From: Burkholderiaceae bacterium
Lineage (GTDB): Bacteria; Pseudomonadota; Gammaproteobacteria; Burkholderiales; Burkholderiaceae_F
Reading direction: 5' to 3'
DNA length: 60,826 nt
Assembly: GCA_025055385.1 (NCBI GenBank)
Contig: JANWXE010000081.1
Span: forward strand, 1-60,826
Part shown: positions 1 through 11,607 of the stretch, piece after piece
How the letters are laid out: each line of letters starts with the position of its first letter
Numbering within the stretch: position 1 is the first letter of the stretch
Notes under the pieces: generated by a model
Database searches by the model: none
What the model was told of the DNA's origin: nothing
What the model saw: only the letters and a program-made list of their open reading frames with translations
Translations under genes and position numbers: made by a program

Positions 1-115
1 CCTGGCGTATTTCGCCGGGCATGCGGTCGTCAATGGCATTCAGCCGCTCGGGCCGGTTCAGCGTGATGCGGGCGATGCGCCCTTCGACCGCGTACAACAG
101 GGTGGTGAATGACAC
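1..115 (-). CDS. enoyl-CoA hydratase/isomerase (crotonase) family protein, N-terminal fragment; the gene runs off the window start
   Basis: Reading the minus strand from the GTG at 113-115 (GGAGGAG Shine-Dalgarno 6 nt upstream) gives VSFTTLLYAVEGRIARITLNRPERLNAIDDRMPGEIRQ. This is the typical crotonase N-terminus (ITLNRPExxNA). It is too short to appear in the ORF track. Confidence 0.6.
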   Translation of the reverse strand, partial: MSFTTLLYAVEGRIARITLNRPERLNAIDDRMPGEIRQ

Positions 116-196
116 GTCCGTCTCCTCCGACGGTGCGCGCGACGCACCGCGTCGGCGCGCAGCATAGTGCGAAAGGAGCCGTCTTTGCGGCCGACA

Positions 197-2008
197 TCAG
201 CTGCCCGTTGTCTGTGACGTAGTGGAATAATCGCGCAGGCAGCGGCCCCCGTCGCGCTTGCCAGCGTACAGCGCGCTGTCGGCGCAGCGCAGCAAGGTCG
301 TGGCGTCGGTGCCGTCACGGGGGGCAAGGGCATAACCGATCGTTAACCCCACCTGGCAGGCGTGCCCATCGACGAGGAACGGCGCCTCGAAGGCAGCCAG
401 TAGCTTGCGCCCGATGCGCTCAGCCTCTGCCGCACCGGGCAGCTCCGGCGCGAGCACGACAAACTCGTCGCCACCGTAGCGGGCCACTGTGTCGGTGGCA
501 CGCACCCGCTCGCGCAGCCGGCGCGCCACCGCCATCAGCAGTATGTCGCCGGCGGCGTGCCCCAAGCGGTCGTTAATCGGCTTGAAGCCGTCCAGGTCAA
601 GCAAGAAGACCGCCAGCATGCGCTCTGGCGCAATCTCCCGCAGGTTAGCCTGCAAGGCATCCAGCAGACCGCGGCGGTTCGGCAGGCCCGTGAGCGGATC
701 AGTCTGCGCCAGCGTTCGCAGCGTCTCCTGCTCGCGGCGCAGACGCTGTGCCGACAGCCGCAATTCGCTGACGCGCACCCCGAGCACCGCCAGCCAGAAC
801 GCGGCTTCGCACACGGAGGCGAACTGCAGCGCATGCAAGGCCCAGAACGTCGCCGGCAGCCAGCCGCGCGCCACGCCGGTGAAAACCATCACACCGATTA
901 GATAGATCCCCCAGCCGACCAGCATGTAGCCGGCGGCGCGGTCACCGCGCCGCCACAGCAGGAATGCCGCGGGCAGCGCAAGCAGCATCGGCACCGGGCC
1001 GAGCAAAGAGCTGGCGAATTTGGCGAAGCTGTATCCGATCAGGCCCAGCGCATAGACGGCGGCCACCGCCGCAGCGGCCGCGGCCGTCGCCTGCAGCCCG
1101 CGCGCAAGCCAGGGGCAGGTGTGCCGCAACGCCAGCGCGCGTTCGACGAATAAACTGCCGCCGGCGAGCGCCAGCAGCAGCGACAGCAGCAGCACCTTCG
1201 GAGTCGGTTCAGCGCTTGCCGGCCACAGATGCAGCGGCGCCACGCCACTGAGGACAAGAAAAAAAACGGTCGTACCGATAACCGCAAGCGCGTAGTCGAG
1301 AAAGAGCCGGTCGCGCAAAGTCAGCCAATGCGCCAGGCTATAGGCAAACAGGCACAGGCCGATGCCGGCCATCACGCCTTGCAAGAGCTGGGCGCGCGCC
1401 TCGCGCGCGACAAACTGCGCGGCGCTCAGCAATCGGATTGGTACGACGGCGGTGCTGTCGGTGGAGACCCGCAGCAGCACGTCATAGATGCCGGCGTCCA
1501 GTTGCAGCGGCAGAGCATGCGCGTGGCTCGGCAAAGGCTGTTCGGCCCGCGGCCGCGCGCGCCCAAGCTGTGCCGACAGTACCAACACGTTGTCGCGCAG
1601 CACATAAATGTCGATGCGATCAAGCGGCGGATACTCGACCTGCAACACCCAATCGCGCGCCGCCGCGCTGGCAACCTGCAGCGGCAGATGCAGCCAGAGG
1701 GCGCCGCGACGCGAGCCGAAGTTGGCGCGCGGTGTGCTTGGGGCGACGAAGGCGGCGCGCCGCGCGACCGCATCGTGCAGAGAGAGCTTGGCGGCGGGAT
1801 CCTCAAGCACGCGCACGGCGTGCCAGGCGTCGATCGCCTCGGTATGCGCATCCAGCCGCACCGTCGCGGAGTGTGCCGGTGCCAGCGCGGGCGCGGCAAC
1901 GAGCAGAAGCGCCGCCAGCGCGTAGCCCCCCCAACCGCCCCGTTGGCGGGCCTGTCGCCCGTGCGCGACCAGCATGGTGGTTGTCGGCAGAAGAGTCCTT
2001 GTCCGCAT
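197..2008 (-). CDS. membrane diguanylate cyclase: periplasmic 7TMR-DISMED2-like domain, 7 TM helices and a GGDEF domain
   Basis: C-terminal GGDEF domain with an intact RYGGDEFVVL active site and an RxxD I-site (RATD) 5 residues upstream. The central region has multiple hydrophobic helices. There is a signal-like segment (ALAALLLVAAPALAPAHS). The start is uncertain (ATG at 2008 or 1975); the track start at 2233 would overlap the icmF 3' end. Confidence 0.85.
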   Translation of the reverse strand: MRTRTLLPTTTMLVAHGRQARQRGGWGGYALAALLLVAAPALAPAHSATVRLDAHTEAIDAWHAVRVLEDPAAKLSLHDAVARRAAFVAPSTPRANFGSRRGALWLHLPLQVASAAARDWVLQVEYPPLDRIDIYVLRDNVLVLSAQLGRARPRAEQPLPSHAHALPLQLDAGIYDVLLRVSTDSTAVVPIRLLSAAQFVAREARAQLLQGVMAGIGLCLFAYSLAHWLTLRDRLFLDYALAVIGTTVFFLVLSGVAPLHLWPASAEPTPKVLLLSLLLALAGGSLFVERALALRHTCPWLARGLQATAAAAAAVAAVYALGLIGYSFAKFASSLLGPVPMLLALPAAFLLWRRGDRAAGYMLVGWGIYLIGVMVFTGVARGWLPATFWALHALQFASVCEAAFWLAVLGVRVSELRLSAQRLRREQETLRTLAQTDPLTGLPNRRGLLDALQANLREIAPERMLAVFLLDLDGFKPINDRLGHAAGDILLMAVARRLRERVRATDTVARYGGDEFVVLAPELPGAAEAERIGRKLLAAFEAPFLVDGHACQVGLTIGYALAPRDGTDATTLLRCADSALYAGKRDGGRCLRDYSTTSQTTGS

Positions 2009-2153
2009 TGTCGAAGCAATGCGGCGCCGGCAAAGCCACAAATTGGAGAGCTTTCGCGCCCGATCCCACGCGGGAGGGCGGCTGTGCCTAAGTGGCGTTG
2101 CTGCGCAGCACGCCGGTGCGCGGGCACAACGGCAGAACTCCGGCGAGCGCCGG

Positions 2154-5100
2154 CTACATGTTGCGCCGGTACTGCCCGCCGACTTCAAACAGCGCTTGCG
2201 TGATTTGGCCAAGCGAGCAGCAGCGCACCGCATCCATTAGCACTTCAAAGACGTTGCGGTTCTGCAGCGCCGCCTGCTGCAAGCGCGCGAGCATCGCCGG
2301 CGCCTCATGCCGGTGACGCTGCTGGAAGTCGCGCAAGCGCGCCAGCTGACTGCGCTTTTCATCATCCGTGGAGCGCGCCAGCGCGAGGCTCTCTGCAATC
2401 GGGTCGCCCTTCGGATTGCGGAACGTGTTTACGCCGATGATCGGGTACGCACCGCTGTGCTTCAATTGCTCGTAATACAGCGACTCCTCCTGGATCTTTC
2501 CGCGCTGATAGCCGAGCTCCATCGCGCCCAGCACCCCGCCGCGTTCGGCGATGGCCTCGAATTCGCGCAGCACGGCTTCCTCGACGAGGTCGGTTAGTTC
2601 CTCGATGATGAAGCTACCTTGGTTCGGGTTTTCGTTTTTCGCCAGGCCCCACTCGCGGTTGATGATCAGCTGAATCGCCAGCGCGCGCCGCACGCTCTCT
2701 TCAGTTGGCGTGGTGATTGCTTCGTCGTACGCATTGGTGTGCAAGCTGTTGCAGTTGTCATAGACAGCGATTAACGCTTGCAGCGTGGTGCGGATGTCGT
2801 TGAACGCCACCTCCTGCGCGTGCAGGCTGCGGCCGGAGGTCTGGATGTGGTACTTCAGCTTCTGGCTGCGCTCATTCGCGCCGTATTTGTCGCGCATCGC
2901 CACCGCCCAAATGCGGCGCGCCACGCGCCCGAGCACGGAATATTCCGGATCCATCCCGTTGGAAAAAAAGAACGACAAATTGGGCGCGAAATCGTCGATG
3001 TGCATGCCGCGCGCGAGATACGCCTCCACATAGGTAAAACCGTTAGCAAGCGTGAAAGCAAGCTGGCTAATTGGGTTGGCGCCCGCCTCGGCGATGTGAT
3101 AGCCGGAGATTGACACCGAGTAGAAGTTGCGCACCTTGTGACGGACGAAGTACTCCTGGATGTCGCCCATCAGCTTTAGGCTGAACTCGGTGGAGAAGAT
3201 GCAGGTGTTTTGCCCTTGGTCTTCTTTGAGGATGTCAGCTTGCACCGTACCGCGCACGTTCTGCAACACCCACGCCTTAATCTGCTCGACCTCCGCTGCC
3301 GTTGGCTCACGGCCGTGCTCGGTGCGGAACTTGTCCAGCTGTTGGTCGATCGCGGTATTGAAAAACATCGCTAGGATCGTCGGCGCCGGGCCGTTGATCG
3401 TCATGCTCACCGAAGTGTCCGGCGCGCACAGATCGAACCCGGAGTACAGCACCTTCATGTCATCCAGCGTGGCGATCGACACGCCGGAATTGCCGACCTT
3501 GCCGTAGATGTCCGGCCGCTCATCTGGGTCGTGCCCGTACAGGGTGACGCTGTCGAAGGCAGTGGAGAGCCGCTTGGCGGGCATTCCTTCCGACAGCAGT
3601 TTGAAGCGCCGATTGGTGCGGAAGGCGTCGCCCTCGCCGGCGAACATGCGTGTCGGATCCTCGTTTTCGCGTTTGAAGGGGAACACGCCGGCCGTGTAGG
3701 GGAACGCGCCAGGCACGTTCTCCAGCAACAGCCATTTGAGCAGCTCGCCGTGGTCCTCGTATTTCGGCAGCGCCACCTTGGGGATTTTGTTTCCCGACAG
3801 CGTGGTGTGCGTCAGGCGCGTGCGCACCTCGCGGTCCCGTATCTTCACCACATACTCGTCGCCGGCGTAAGCGGCCTGGATCTGCGGCCACGCCTCCAGC
3901 AGGGCGCGGCTGCGTGCATCAAGCTGCGCCTCGCGCGCTGCCGCCAGCTGCGCCAAGCGAACGTTGTCTTCCTGACACTCGGCAGCCAGCATCGCGCGCG
4001 CCGCCAGCAGTTGCTGCCGCTCGCGCGCCAGCCGGGCCTGTTGTAATGCATGTCGCTTGTAAGCGCGCACAGTCTCGGCGATTTCAGCCAGGTAGCGGCT
4101 ACGCGCCGGCGGCACGATTGGTGTTTGCTGGGTCGAATGGCGGGTCGCCGGCTGCGGCAGGCGCGAGGGCCCAAGTTTCAGTCCATGCGCGGCGAGCGTT
4201 GGCAGCAGCGCGTGGTAGAGGGCGCTGACCCCATCGTCGTTGAAGCGCGCCGCGATCGTGCCGAAGACCGGCATCTCCTCCGGCCGACGGTCGAACGCGC
4301 CGCGGTTGCGCTGTACCTGCTTGCTGACGTCGCGCAGCGCATCAAGGGCTCCTTTACGGTCAAATTTGTTGATAGCGACGAAATCGGCGAAGTCCAGCAT
4401 GTCGATCTTCTCGAGCTGGCTGGCGGCGCCGTATTCGGGTGTCATTACGTACAGCGTCGCATTTACGTGCGGCACGATGGCCGCATCGCCCTGGCCGATG
4501 CCGGAAGTTTCGACGATGATCAGGTCAAAGCCGGCGCACTTGCAGGCGGCGATCACGTCCGGCAGCGCCTGCGAGATCTCGCTGCCCGCATCACGGGTGG
4601 CAAGCGAGCGCATGTAGACTTTCGGGCCGTCGCGCCATGGGCCGATCGCATTCATGCGGATTCGATCGCCCAGTAGCGCGCCCCCCGTCTTTCGGCGCGA
4701 CGGGTCAATCGAAATGACCGCAATCGTCAGCCGGTCGTCCTGGTCGAGCCGGAAGCGGCGGATCAGCTCGTCGGTTAAGCTGGATTTGCCCGCGCCGCCG
4801 GTGCCGGTGATGCCCAGCACCGGAATGGCAGCGGTTTCGGCCTCGCGGTGCATCTGGGCACGCAAGGCTGCGTCTGCGCGCCCGGCCTCAAGCGCCGTGA
4901 TAAGTTGAGCGAGCGCGCGCCAGCGCCGCGACAAATCGGCGTCACGCACAGCATCCAGCGACTGCGGCGCATAAGGGCTGAGATCAACGTCGCAGGCAGC
5001 CAGCATCAACCCGATCATGCCGCCCAGCCCCATCGCCTGGCCGTCTTCCGGCGAGAAGATGCGCGCAACGCCATAGGCGTGCAACTCTTTAATCTCGGCG

Positions 5101-5438
5101 GGCACGATCACGCCGCCGCCGCCGCCAAAGACCTTGATGTGCGCGCCGCCGCGTTCGCGCAGCAAATCGATCATGTATTTGAAGAACTCGATGTGCCCGC
5201 CCTGATAGCTCGACACCGCGATACCCTGCACGTCCTCCTGCAGCGCGGCGGTGACGATTTCCTCTACGGAGCGGTTATGCCCGAGGTGGATCACCTCCGC
5301 ACCCATGCTCTGCAGGATGCGGCGCATGATGTTGATGCTCGCATCATGGCCGTCGAAGAGGGCGGCGGCGGTTACGAAGCGCACCTTGTGCGTCGGTCGA
5401 TACGCCGCGAGTTTGCGGGCTTCGGACAGATCGGTCAT
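2154..5438 (-). CDS. icmF: fused isobutyryl-CoA mutase IcmF (B12-binding domain + MeaB-like G-protein + mutase TIM-barrel domain)
   Basis: About 1100 aa. N-terminal B12-binding region with a DGHD motif ([11 protein letters not shown]). MeaB-type P-loop [13 protein letters not shown]. Long C-terminal methylmalonyl/isobutyryl-CoA mutase substrate domain ([28 protein letters not shown]). ATG at 5438 is preferred (GGGAG 6 nt upstream); 5459 is the alternative. Confidence 0.9.
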   Translation of the reverse strand: MTDLSEARKLAAYRPTHKVRFVTAAALFDGHDASINIMRRILQSMGAEVIHLGHNRSVEEIVTAALQEDVQGIAVSSYQGGHIEFFKYMIDLLRERGGAHIKVFGGGGGVIVPAEIKELHAYGVARIFSPEDGQAMGLGGMIGLMLAACDVDLSPYAPQSLDAVRDADLSRRWRALAQLITALEAGRADAALRAQMHREAETAAIPVLGITGTGGAGKSSLTDELIRRFRLDQDDRLTIAVISIDPSRRKTGGALLGDRIRMNAIGPWRDGPKVYMRSLATRDAGSEISQALPDVIAACKCAGFDLIIVETSGIGQGDAAIVPHVNATLYVMTPEYGAASQLEKIDMLDFADFVAINKFDRKGALDALRDVSKQVQRNRGAFDRRPEEMPVFGTIAARFNDDGVSALYHALLPTLAAHGLKLGPSRLPQPATRHSTQQTPIVPPARSRYLAEIAETVRAYKRHALQQARLARERQQLLAARAMLAAECQEDNVRLAQLAAAREAQLDARSRALLEAWPQIQAAYAGDEYVVKIRDREVRTRLTHTTLSGNKIPKVALPKYEDHGELLKWLLLENVPGAFPYTAGVFPFKRENEDPTRMFAGEGDAFRTNRRFKLLSEGMPAKRLSTAFDSVTLYGHDPDERPDIYGKVGNSGVSIATLDDMKVLYSGFDLCAPDTSVSMTINGPAPTILAMFFNTAIDQQLDKFRTEHGREPTAAEVEQIKAWVLQNVRGTVQADILKEDQGQNTCIFSTEFSLKLMGDIQEYFVRHKVRNFYSVSISGYHIAEAGANPISQLAFTLANGFTYVEAYLARGMHIDDFAPNLSFFFSNGMDPEYSVLGRVARRIWAVAMRDKYGANERSQKLKYHIQTSGRSLHAQEVAFNDIRTTLQALIAVYDNCNSLHTNAYDEAITTPTEESVRRALAIQLIINREWGLAKNENPNQGSFIIEELTDLVEEAVLREFEAIAERGGVLGAMELGYQRGKIQEESLYYEQLKHSGAYPIIGVNTFRNPKGDPIAESLALARSTDDEKRSQLARLRDFQQRHRHEAPAMLARLQQAALQNRNVFEVLMDAVRCCSLGQITQALFEVGGQYRRNM

Positions 5439-5483
5439 GGCGGACTCCCGCCGCAGCATGGCGGCCTTTCCTGACGCGGCGGA

Positions 5484-5514
5484 ATCTAGGTTTAGTTGAC
5501 GTTAACGTCAACTT
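5484..5514 (-). promoter_or_regulatory. predicted sigma70-type icmF promoter overlapped by a perfect 20-bp palindrome (candidate operator)
   Basis: AGTTGACGTTAACGTCAACT at 5495-5514 is its own reverse complement. On the minus strand, TTGACG (5512-5507), a 17-nt spacer and TAGATT (5489-5484) form a plausible -35/-10 pair about 45 nt upstream of the icmF ATG. Confidence 0.4.
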
Positions 5515-5698
5515 GGCGCCCACCGTCGAACCCGCCAAGCCAACACCCCGGTAGATGCGCCGCACCATTGAATCTGAGGGTCTCTGCGGGTCATATCTAA
5601 ATACGTCAAGAAAAACAATGTCGTATGTGTAGCAGCAGTGGACAAACGCGATACTGCGGTGCACAATATTGGCGTCGCAATTCGGATGGAGTTCGGCG

Positions 5699-5980
5699 AT
5701 GGCTTTCGCAGCTTGGTTGTACGAGGGTGACGGCTTAATCCACGCGGCGCCGAAGACGCAACGGGCGGCCGACAGCCTCAGCCCCGCGCAGCGCAAGGAG
5801 CTGGCCGAGCGGCGTGCCGATGCGCTGCGGCGCATGTTCCCGAAACTGGCCAGCTGGATGAAGGACCGCTGGCTAATGGCGCGGATGACGGCGGTGGAGC
5901 GCTACCTGTCAGAGGCCACCGACGTCTTCGACCTGGAGCGCCGCATCCGCGAGGTCGAGCGCCGCGGCCTCTGGCACTGA
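5699..5980 (+). CDS. hypothetical small protein with a DUF3563-like C-terminus
   Basis: ATG at 5699 is preceded by GGAG 7 nt upstream; the track start at 5669 is a TTG. The C-terminal part (MFPKLASWMKDRWLMARMTAVERYLSEATDVFDLERRIREVERRG) resembles, from memory, the short DUF3563 proteins of Burkholderiales. No catalytic motifs. Confidence 0.5.
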   Translation: MAFAAWLYEGDGLIHAAPKTQRAADSLSPAQRKELAERRADALRRMFPKLASWMKDRWLMARMTAVERYLSEATDVFDLERRIREVERRGLWH

Positions 5981-6002
5981 GGCCGCGCCGTTCACGCCCG
6001 CG

Positions 6003-6608
6003 TCAGCCGGGCGTGAAGCGGATGCGCTCGCCGGCCAGCGGCGCGAGCAGGTCGGTGGCGTCCGCGCTGGCCTGCAGCCAGCGCGCGTAATGCGCCGACG
6101 GGACGATCACCGGCATGCGGTCGTGCAGGTGCGCCAGCACTTCGTTAGCGCGCGTGGTGATGATCGTGAACGTCTGCACGGGCTGCGCACGCTGCGGGTC
6201 GCGCCAGGATTCCCACAGACCCGCCAGCGCAAACAGCGGCTCGTCCTTCACCGTGATGCGCCACTTCCTGCGGTGCCCCTTGGGACCGCTCCATTCATAG
6301 AAGGCGTTCACCGGCACCAGGCAGCGGCGCGCCCGGTAAGCGGCGCGGAAGGCCGGCGTGTGTGCCACCGTTTCGGCGCGCGCGTTGATGCAGTGCGCGC
6401 CGAAGGAGAGATCCTTGGCCCACGAGGGCACCAGCCCCCAGCGCGCGAGGACGCACTCGCGCCCGCTGCCGGCGCGGTCCAGGCGCACGATAGGCGCGAG
6501 CTGCGTCGGCCGGACGTCGGCATTCGGCGCAAACGGCGGCACCTCGGGCACCGCGAACTTAGCCCGGATCGCCGCCGGGTTGTCCGACAGGTCGTAGCGT
6601 CCACACAT
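6003..6608 (-). CDS. yedK: SOS response-associated peptidase (SRAP/YedK, DUF159), abasic-site processing protein
   Basis: The N-terminus MCGRYDL carries the catalytic Cys2 after Met, which is diagnostic of the SRAP family. Typical length of about 200 aa. The track start (6707) adds 33 Arg/Gly-rich residues. Confidence 0.85.
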   Translation of the reverse strand: MCGRYDLSDNPAAIRAKFAVPEVPPFAPNADVRPTQLAPIVRLDRAGSGRECVLARWGLVPSWAKDLSFGAHCINARAETVAHTPAFRAAYRARRCLVPVNAFYEWSGPKGHRRKWRITVKDEPLFALAGLWESWRDPQRAQPVQTFTIITTRANEVLAHLHDRMPVIVPSAHYARWLQASADATDLLAPLAGERIRFTPG

Positions 6609-6795
6609 CGCAGCTTTCCCGCGCGCGCCACCACGCCCCGCCAAGAATACGCGGCTGCCCGCCCTCCCGCGCGGCACCTGCCGCCACCGAGCTGCGCCGC
6701 GCGCCACCTCCTGCTGCCCGCGATTGCGCCGAGCCGCTGGCGCGGCCTTGACCTCGCGGCGCCTGGTCCGCCTGCGACTGAAGCCGCTCGCACCG

Positions 6796-8619
<1,824 letters not shown>

Positions 8620-8761
8620 CTGGGCCTCTAACCAAAATTGGGGATAGTCCAGAATGCTAAGGTTAGCGTGACGAAAATAGATTGCGAATAGCGGCGCGTT
8701 TCGTTCGCATAATTTCTTATCGATGTCGTGATGCAATATTCGACCGGAGCATCAAACCGAA

Positions 8762-9250
8762 ATGAATGAAACTTCAACGTCGTCCCCGCGGTTGGATGCT
8801 GTTGACCGACGTCTTCTGAACCTGCTGCAGGAGGACGCCTGGGTCACGAACCAAACCCTTGCTGAGCGTGCGCACCTTTCGGCGCCGACCTGTCTGCGCC
8901 GCGTACGGCGCCTGATGGAGGCCGGCGTCATTGAACGCACGATCGCCATCGTGGCCCCGGAGAAAGTCGCCCCAATGCTGACGGCAATCGTGGAGGTCAC
9001 CCTGGAACGTCAGGGCGCTGAGCATCTGGATGCGTTTGAGGCGCTTATCCGGGACGAACCGGCTGTTCAGCAGTGCTACCGAGTGTCACCCGGGCCGGAT
9101 TTCGTACTGATAGTGGTCGTTCCTGACATGCCCGCCTACCATGCGCTAATGCACCGGCTGTTCACGGCGCAGGCCAATGTGCGCAACGTGCGCAGCTTTT
9201 TTGCAGTCAAGCGCAGCAAGTTCGCGCCCCGCGTGCCGCTGCCGCAGTGA
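8762..9250 (+). CDS. Lrp/AsnC family transcriptional regulator
   Basis: 162 aa. N-terminal HTH (LDAVDRRLLNLLQEDAWVTNQTLAERAHLSAPTCLRRVRRLMEAGVI) followed by a RAM/ligand domain. Divergent from glmS. Confidence 0.9.
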   Translation: MNETSTSSPRLDAVDRRLLNLLQEDAWVTNQTLAERAHLSAPTCLRRVRRLMEAGVIERTIAIVAPEKVAPMLTAIVEVTLERQGAEHLDAFEALIRDEPAVQQCYRVSPGPDFVLIVVVPDMPAYHALMHRLFTAQANVRNVRSFFAVKRSKFAPRVPLPQ

Positions 9251-9264
9251 CACGTGCGAGCGCG

Positions 9265-10656
9265 TCAGTTCGAGCTCTTTTTGGTCGGCCGCTGCCAGCC
9301 TTCGACCGTCGTTTGCCGCACGCGCGCCACGGTTAGCTTGCCTGCCGGCACGTGGCGCGACACCGTAGAGCCAGCAGCCACCGTTGCACCGGCGCCGACC
9401 GTAATCGGCGCTACCAGCACACTGTTGGAGCCGGTGTGAACATCGTCTTCGATCACGGTGTGGTGCTTGTTAGCACCGTCGTAATTGGCGACGATCGTGC
9501 CTGCGCCGATGTTGACGCGTGCGCCCACTGTTGCATCACCAATATAGGCCAGATGATTCGCCTTTGAAGCATGGCCGAAGGAGGAGTTTTTCACCTCGAC
9601 AAAATTGCCAATGTGCACCTCGTCGGCCAGCGTCACCTCCGGTCTGGTACGCGCAAACGGCCCGATGCGCGCTCTGGCGCCAATCGTCGCCCGCTCAAGA
9701 TAGCAGTAACCAAGCACCTCGGTGCCAGCACCGATTGTGCAGTCGCGGATCAGGTTGTGCGGGCCGATGCGCACACCATCGCCCAAGTGCACTCGTCCCT
9801 CGAACACGTTGCCGACGTCGATCACCACATCCGTGCCGACGGTCAGCTCGCCACGTACGTCGATGCGCGCCGGGTCTGCCAGCCGCACACCCGCGTCAAG
9901 CAGCTGCTCGGCCAGGCGCCGTTGCAGGATGCGCTCCAGCCGTGCCAGCTGCAGCGGGCTGTTCACCCCAAGCGCCTCCTCCGTGTCCTGTATGAGCACG
10001 GCGGCCACCGGCGCGCCTTCCGCGACCGCGCGCGTCACCACGTCGGTCAGGTAATACTCGCCCTGAGCGTTGTCGGCCGACAGACAGGCCAGCCAACGTT
10101 TCAGCGCCGGGGTCGGCGCGACCAGAATGCCGGTGTTGACCTCGGTGATCAAGCGCTCTTCCGCGCTGGCGTCGCGCTCCTCCACGATCCTGCGCACATG
10201 GCCGGCCTCATCGCGCACGATTCGTCCGTATCCATGCGGCTCCTCAAGGCGGGCCGTCAGCAGCCCGACGCCTGCGCGCCCGGCAGCGCAGGCTGCTTGC
10301 AGCAGGCGCATGACCGTCTGGGCACGCAGCAGCGGCACGTCGCCGTATAGCACCAACGTAGGCGTCGCCTCGTCAAGCCATGGCACGGCTTGCTGGACGG
10401 CATGCCCAGTGCCCAGTTGCGGTTCCTGCAGCACGAACTGCACGTCGGCTTCGTGCTTAAAGGCACTGCGCACAGCTTGCGCGCCGTGCCCAATCACGAC
10501 CACGATGCGGCCGTCGCCACCGGCCTGCGCCCGGACCGCACGGGCCAGCGCGAGCACGTGCGCTAGCATCGGGCGGCCCGCCAACGGGTGCAAAACTTTC
10601 GGCAACGCTGAACGCATCCGTTTGCCCTGACCAGCGGCAAGTATCACGATGTTCAT
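9265..10656 (-). CDS. glmU: bifunctional UDP-N-acetylglucosamine pyrophosphorylase / glucosamine-1-phosphate N-acetyltransferase
   Basis: Starts [16 protein letters not shown] (nucleotidyltransferase signature). The C-terminus has left-handed beta-helix hexapeptide repeats. ATG at 10654-10656 was verified. Confidence 0.95.
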   Translation of the reverse strand: MNIVILAAGQGKRMRSALPKVLHPLAGRPMLAHVLALARAVRAQAGGDGRIVVVIGHGAQAVRSAFKHEADVQFVLQEPQLGTGHAVQQAVPWLDEATPTLVLYGDVPLLRAQTVMRLLQAACAAGRAGVGLLTARLEEPHGYGRIVRDEAGHVRRIVEERDASAEERLITEVNTGILVAPTPALKRWLACLSADNAQGEYYLTDVVTRAVAEGAPVAAVLIQDTEEALGVNSPLQLARLERILQRRLAEQLLDAGVRLADPARIDVRGELTVGTDVVIDVGNVFEGRVHLGDGVRIGPHNLIRDCTIGAGTEVLGYCYLERATIGARARIGPFARTRPEVTLADEVHIGNFVEVKNSSFGHASKANHLAYIGDATVGARVNIGAGTIVANYDGANKHHTVIEDDVHTGSNSVLVAPITVGAGATVAAGSTVSRHVPAGKLTVARVRQTTVEGWQRPTKKSSN

Positions 10657-10674
10657 GGCGGAAGGAGAAACGTC

Positions 10675-11571
10675 GTGCGCAGGCGCACGCATCGTAGCAT
10701 CGAGTCTTGGATTCGCCGCGTTGCCGCGCTGGTATGCGTGGCGCTGGCTGCGGCCTGCTCGACACTGCGCCTCAGCTACAACAACGCCGACACACTGCTG
10801 GTCCTCGCGCTCGATCGCTACTTCGACCTGGACGACGCGCAGCGGCAGCTCGTGCGCGACAGCGCGCGTGCGCTGCTGGCGTGGCATCGGGCTGACCAAT
10901 TGCCTGCATATGTCGAGTTCCTCGAACGCATCAGCCAGCGCGTTGGACAGCGCGCCGAGGTCGATGACGTCCTGCGCTTTTATGAGCAGGCCAACGCCTG
11001 GCTGCTGGTGCTCGGGGAGCGGGCGGCACCGTCTGCGGCGCGCTTGGCGCTGACGCTAACACCAGCGCAGATCGCGCGGTGCGAGCAGCAGCTGGCGCGG
11101 GACAATGCGAAAGCGCACCGCGTGCTCACGGCCGATGGCCGGCGCGACGTGCTCGAGGGGCGCGTGCAGCGCACAGTCGAACGGGTTGCGGACTGGCTCG
11201 GTTCAGTCACGAAGGAGCAGCAGCAGCTAATCCGCCGCAGTGTTGAGCAGTGGAGTCGCGAACACAGCTGGTGGATGGAGGAAAAGGAGCGAAGGCAGCG
11301 CGAGCTGCTCGCCCTGCTGCGCCGAATCCAGCAAGAACAGCCGCCGGTTGAGCAGGCAGCGCGCTGGCTGGCCGCGTATGTCGCACATGTCGCGCAGCCG
11401 CTGGAGGCGCAGCGGCAGGCCCAGCTGGCGCGCGCACGCCGCGCAAACGCCGAGTTGGTTGCGCTGATGCTGAATCACGCTACGCCCGCGCAGCACGCTG
11501 TGCTGTTGAAGCGGCTGCGCAGCTATGCCGATGAGCTAGCGGCCCTCGCGGCCGCTGGCGCGCGCGGCTGA
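10675..11571 (+). CDS. probable lipoprotein of unknown function (DUF6279-like)
   Basis: GTG start with GAAGGAG upstream. Signal peptide ending ...VALAAACS (lipobox-like Cys), followed by [26 protein letters not shown], the pattern I associate with DUF6279 lipoproteins. Helical and Arg/Gln-rich thereafter. Confidence 0.55.
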   Translation: MRRRTHRSIESWIRRVAALVCVALAAACSTLRLSYNNADTLLVLALDRYFDLDDAQRQLVRDSARALLAWHRADQLPAYVEFLERISQRVGQRAEVDDVLRFYEQANAWLLVLGERAAPSAARLALTLTPAQIARCEQQLARDNAKAHRVLTADGRRDVLEGRVQRTVERVADWLGSVTKEQQQLIRRSVEQWSREHSWWMEEKERRQRELLALLRRIQQEQPPVEQAARWLAAYVAHVAQPLEAQRQAQLARARRANAELVALMLNHATPAQHAVLLKRLRSYADELAALAAAGARG

Positions 11572-11607
11572 GGGTACTGAACGGCCCTGACGCGCCCCGT
11601 GCGTGGC

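Noticed and set aside
8620-8736. N-terminal extensions in the ORF track. Examples: glmS 39 aa, glmU 81 aa, atpA 32 aa, yedK 33 aa, pilW cluster 1 61 aa, fimU cluster 1 56 aa or more, mnmG 18 aa.
   Set aside because: Family-typical N-termini ([37 protein letters not shown], prepilin leaders) with Shine-Dalgarno sequences or stop/start overlaps occur downstream. The extensions are Arg-rich and overlap neighbouring genes or regulatory sites.
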